DNA of 64,000 nucleotides from contig JAXGZF010000003.1 of the NCBI GenBank assembly GCA_040771865.1, forward strand, positions 124,001-188,000. Direction: 5' to 3'. Below the pieces are notes generated by a model. The model saw nothing but the letters and a program-made list of their open reading frames with translations, was not told where the DNA came from and made no database searches. The translations under genes and the position numbers were made by a program. Positions 60,601 to 64,000 of the stretch are shown piece by piece (the stretch's first letter is position 1; every line of letters begins with the position of its first letter). Source of the stretch: Desulfobacterales bacterium. GTDB taxonomy: Bacteria > Desulfobacterota > Desulfobacteria > Desulfobacterales > UBA2245.

Positions 60601-61933
60601 CACTGCTGTCCGGTTAACGTTTTTTGAATCGATATTAACATGCTATAATTATTTAAAATATAGCTAAATTTCAAAGGAAACGATTTGAATTTGGTCCGAT
60701 TTGGTTGATACCCTCCTTCTCGGCACTCGACGACCAAAGGAGGGTTTCAAATGAATCAAGGCCAAACCGTTTTTTCTCAGATCATGCATTATCTACCACA
60801 CAAACAATTCCGCCAATGCGTCGACCGCTACAAAGGCAATCAACGTGTCCGTTCTTTTACATGCTTGGATCAGTATCTATGCATGGCCTTTGCGCAACTG
60901 ACGTACCGGGAAAGCCTTCGCGATATTGAATGCTGTTTGCGTGCTTTTGCTTCCAAGCTCTACCATATGGGCATAAGGGGTCATGTCTCCAGAACAACTC
61001 TGGCCGATGCGAATGAAAACAGAGATTGGCATATTTACCGCGACTTCGCCCACATTCTTATCCAACAGGCTCGAACTCTTTACAAACAAGACGATTTTGG
61101 CGTTGAACTTGACCAGACCGTCTACGCCCTCGATGCTTCCACAATCGATTTATGTCTTTCTCTGTTTCCATGGGCCAACTTCCGCAGCGCCAAGGCCGCT
61201 GTAAAACTTCATACGCTCTTGGATTTGCGCGGCAATATCCCCACTTTCATCGAAATCACCGATGGCAAAGTTCACGATGTAAACATCCTGGACATCCTCA
61301 TCCCGGAACCCGGAGCAACCTATGTAATGGATCGCGGGTACCTGGATTTCCACCGGCTTTATAACATTCATCAAAGCGGCGCTTTTTTTATTATCCGAAA
61401 AAAGACCAACGCCGTTTTGCATCGGCTGTATTCACGACCAGTTGACAAAACAACAGGTCTGTACTTTGACCAGACCGTGACGTTGGTCAGCCCGAAGTCG
61501 AAAAAGGATTATCCGCAAAACCTGCGACTGGTGAAATTCCACGATCCTGACTCCGGGAAAAAGCTGGCCTTTTTAACCAATCAATTCTCTTTACCTGCCT
61601 TTTCCATCGCTCAACTTTATAAATGCCGATGGCAAGTGGAGCTGTTCTTCAAATGGATCAAACAGCACCTTCGTATCAAAGCGTTTTACGGCCTATCTGA
61701 AAATGCCGTTAAGACTCAAATCTGGATCGCGGTTTCGGTATACGTTCTTGTGGCGATCATTAAAAAACATCTTCGAATCGATTTGACTCTCTACACAATT
61801 TTGCAAGTCTTTAGCGTTACATTATTTGAGAAAATCCTGATTTCACAAGCCTTGGCGCCAGACTTCTACAAACCAAGAATTACTAGTGGATGTATCCAAT
61901 TGAAATTATTCGATAGTTAACCGGACACTTGTG
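60601..61933 (+). mobile_element. IS4-family insertion sequence, 1333 bp, with 9-bp target site duplication
   Basis: IRL CACTGCTGTCCGGTTAAC (60601-18) and IRR GTTAACCGGACACTTGTG (61916-33) match at 15/18. ATATGGTTT is repeated at 60592-600 and 61934-42. An extended -10 TGCTATAAT lies at 60641-49. Confidence 0.95.
60751..61920 (+). CDS. IS4-family DDE transposase (DUF4372-type N-terminus)
   Basis: LDASTI, KLH, MDRGY and YKCRWQVELFFKWIK (YREK motif). Intact ORF with GGAGG RBS. Confidence 0.96.
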   Translation: MNQGQTVFSQIMHYLPHKQFRQCVDRYKGNQRVRSFTCLDQYLCMAFAQLTYRESLRDIECCLRAFASKLYHMGIRGHVSRTTLADANENRDWHIYRDFAHILIQQARTLYKQDDFGVELDQTVYALDASTIDLCLSLFPWANFRSAKAAVKLHTLLDLRGNIPTFIEITDGKVHDVNILDILIPEPGATYVMDRGYLDFHRLYNIHQSGAFFIIRKKTNAVLHRLYSRPVDKTTGLYFDQTVTLVSPKSKKDYPQNLRLVKFHDPDSGKKLAFLTNQFSLPAFSIAQLYKCRWQVELFFKWIKQHLRIKAFYGLSENAVKTQIWIAVSVYVLVAIIKKHLRIDLTLYTILQVFSVTLFEKILISQALAPDFYKPRITSGCIQLKLFDS

Positions 61934-62113
61934 ATATGGTTTATCCCATAATTGCGGGCAGTAGCCTATTAAGGGCGTGAAGAAACGATGCTCATCAGCC
62001 GGTGATAGGGGGGACCCGAGCGTAGCGAGCGGTCCGCCCTATCAGCTAGTTTTTAGCATTCGTTTCACAAGCAATCATAAACCTGGAGTTTTTAACGCAC
62101 CGGTGATATTGTA

Positions 62114-64000
62114 TTAGAAATTATAGATCAAGGTAGCGTAGAAATTGCGTCCGGGATAAGCATATGCGTCATCGGGGACCTTGCCCATATAGGAATAGGT
62201 TTCGTTAAAAATATTGTTGATACTCACCTTCAGCTCCAAGTTACCCTTGTTCCCAAATTCTAACAACTGCTTGCGCAGACCCAGGTTGGCTACGGTAAAT
62301 TTTCCGAAACCTACAAGAGGTCCATCGCTTACGTTTGCCCTGCCGCCGTATTGCTCGCCATAGTAGCTGAAATTAAGGTTTGCGGAAAATTTCCAGTCGA
62401 AATGGGCAAAGCGGATACCGTAACTCATCGTGGTGTCCGGCATCCGGGTGATAGGCCACCATTTCCCCAGCAGACCTGGTCCGCCTTCAACGAGTACCTC
62501 TTCTTTTTCAATCATGTGAGTAATGTTGAAATACGGGCGCAGTTCGAAGCCCTCATACCCTAGAAGGCCGGCCACATTTGCGTTGGTCTGAAACTCAAAA
62601 CCTTTTTGGATGCGTTCGTCGGCGTTAAAAAGTATCCGCCCACTCGCACTTGTTCCATCAGCGGTAACAGCCGGATAAATATATACGTTGTTCTCTACAT
62701 TGTAATAAAAATAAGTGCCGGAAAATCTCAAATGGTTACGGGCTATATCAAATCCGGCTTCATACGCATTCGTCAATTCAGGCTCAAGCCTGGGATCGCC
62801 CGGAGCTCCATAGTCTTCATAAAAACTGCTGGCAAAAAGTTGACGCCCTGCAGGCGCTCGCCAGCCCTGGGTGTAATTGGCCCGCAATTTAAGCCAATCC
62901 AGAGGCAGATAGGTTACACCAAAGGTCGGCGAGAGATGGTCAAAGTTTCGGTGGGTGGGCAATTGGTCGCGGGATGTTATTCCTCTGCTTTTGAAGTATG
63001 CGACCTTATTATAGTATTCATCACCCACCGACAAATCTTTGGCCGTGGCATGTTCATATCTCAAACCACCTGAAATATTGAGAGAGCCTTCCATAAGTTT
63101 GAGCGTGCCCACCATATAAGACCCCAGAATGGTGGTGGTGCTGGTGGGGTGCATAGGGTAGCCGATCCCGCTATATTCCGGATCAAGCCCACCTGGTTTT
63201 AAATACGTGCCTCTGGCAGTGGAAGAATTTTCAAGTTCGTATTTAATGTAGTCAACACCCCCGGTAATGTCGAACAAGCCTGCATTATACGTCAAGCTGC
63301 CCTGAGCCCGATTTGTTTCAGCCTCCTGTCCCTTGGGGTATTCAGAATCTGACTGGTAAGTTTCGTAAGTGTCTTTGCCGTGTCCTACATTGGCCTGCCA
63401 TGAAAAACGGTCATTTTCGGTGGCGCCTTCATAGTTCAGATAAAACAGCTGAGTTTCCCGATCCGTGTAATTATTTTCTCGAACCACGCCCTCTTCGTCA
63501 ACATAAGTTGGTCTGTGAGCCTTATCCACATTATAGTAATAGCCATCTATGCCGATGCGGTGTTTCTCGTTCAAAGTATAACCCACATTAAAATTCACAC
63601 CGTTGGTGCCATCAGTCTTGGTGTTTTGAACCTGATCGCCATTGCCGTCTTTATAATCATCACGCACGGTGCTGTATTCGTAGCCCAGATAGTAATCGAA
63701 ATTGTTCGCTAGACCATTTATGTCCCCGCCAGCTTTCCATGCATCATAGCTTCCGTATCCCGCTCTGGCGGATCCGGAGAACTGTTCCGGGCCGCCACGC
63801 TTGGTGATGACGTTGATCACCCCGCCGGGAGAACCCATGGAGTATTTAAACATTTCAGGGCCTCGCAAAATTTCAACTCGTTCCACATTATTCAGGGTAA
63901 TTTGTCGGGTACTGGCCACGCCGGAACGCCGGCCATCTATAAGTATAAGTAATTTACCATTGGCTTCCGTCATCAGGTGCTCGGTATGAAAGCCACGGAT
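62114..64000 (-). CDS. TonB-dependent receptor, 5' end outside window
   Basis: Frame stays open to the window edge (IRGFHTEHLMTEANG...). LILIDG, VERVEILRGP, GGVINVITK, LEPE, NNIFN and PGR...YNF terminal Phe. Confidence 0.93.
   Translation of the reverse strand: MRGFHTEHLMTEANGKLLILIDGRRSGVASTRQITLNNVERVEILRGPEMFKYSMGSPGGVINVITKRGGPEQFSGSARAGYGSYDAWKAGGDINGLANNFDYYLGYEYSTVRDDYKDGNGDQVQNTKTDGTNGVNFNVGYTLNEKHRIGIDGYYYNVDKAHRPTYVDEEGVVRENNYTDRETQLFYLNYEGATENDRFSWQANVGHGKDTYETYQSDSEYPKGQEAETNRAQGSLTYNAGLFDITGGVDYIKYELENSSTARGTYLKPGGLDPEYSGIGYPMHPTSTTTILGSYMVGTLKLMEGSLNISGGLRYEHATAKDLSVGDEYYNKVAYFKSRGITSRDQLPTHRNFDHLSPTFGVTYLPLDWLKLRANYTQGWRAPAGRQLFASSFYEDYGAPGDPRLEPELTNAYEAGFDIARNHLRFSGTYFYYNVENNVYIYPAVTADGTSASGRILFNADERIQKGFEFQTNANVAGLLGYEGFELRPYFNITHMIEKEEVLVEGGPGLLGKWWPITRMPDTTMSYGIRFAHFDWKFSANLNFSYYGEQYGGRANVSDGPLVGFGKFTVANLGLRKQLLEFGNKGNLELKVSINNIFNETYSYMGKVPDDAYAYPGRNFYATLIYNF

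Overview
A 64 kb, gene-dense chromosomal segment. Gene content suggests an anaerobic diderm, probably Desulfobacterota/deltaproteobacteria-like (inference only). In order: (1) a small minus-strand module of a SagB/ThcOx nitroreductase, a GrdB/PrdB-like Cys protein and a CaiB CoA-transferase, preceded by a YidD-like lipoprotein and a TPR protein; (2) a type II secretion cluster gspG-H-I-J-K-L-M-N-C-D-E with no gspF/gspO, headed by a HEAT-repeat membrane protein and a CPBP intramembrane protease; (3) an ECF sigma / CBM48-type anti-sigma / CBM48-like lipoprotein / poly-Gly exported protein operon with two matching GTAAC-N16-CGTT promoters; (4) housekeeping and signalling genes: SLC13/TrkA-C permease, THUMP rRNA methyltransferase, EttA, a response regulator, a decayed response regulator and a hybrid kinase; (5) a TetR-controlled YbhG/F/S/R-type ABC exporter and pldA; (6) a ~16 kb minus-strand metal-chelate uptake region with a methyltransferase, two FecCD-type ABC systems, a divergent CcsA/ResB-like pair, a TonB-dependent receptor, an NTPase, DUF364, a secreted protein of ~22 DxDxDG-type repeats and TonB-ExbB-ExbD; (7) an Fe-S protein, a minimal SufC/SufB-like pair, a MITE in front of wrbA, and a cupin; (8) an AT-richer end with a divergent MoeA, an intact IS4 element with a 9-bp target duplication and a second TonB-dependent receptor. 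The best candidates for undescribed systems are the CcsBA-like/TBDR/DxDxDG-repeat uptake operon, the CBM48 ECF system and the T2SS-linked CPBP protease. No rRNA, tRNA or CRISPR array was seen. All family calls come from motifs recognised by eye, with no database searches.
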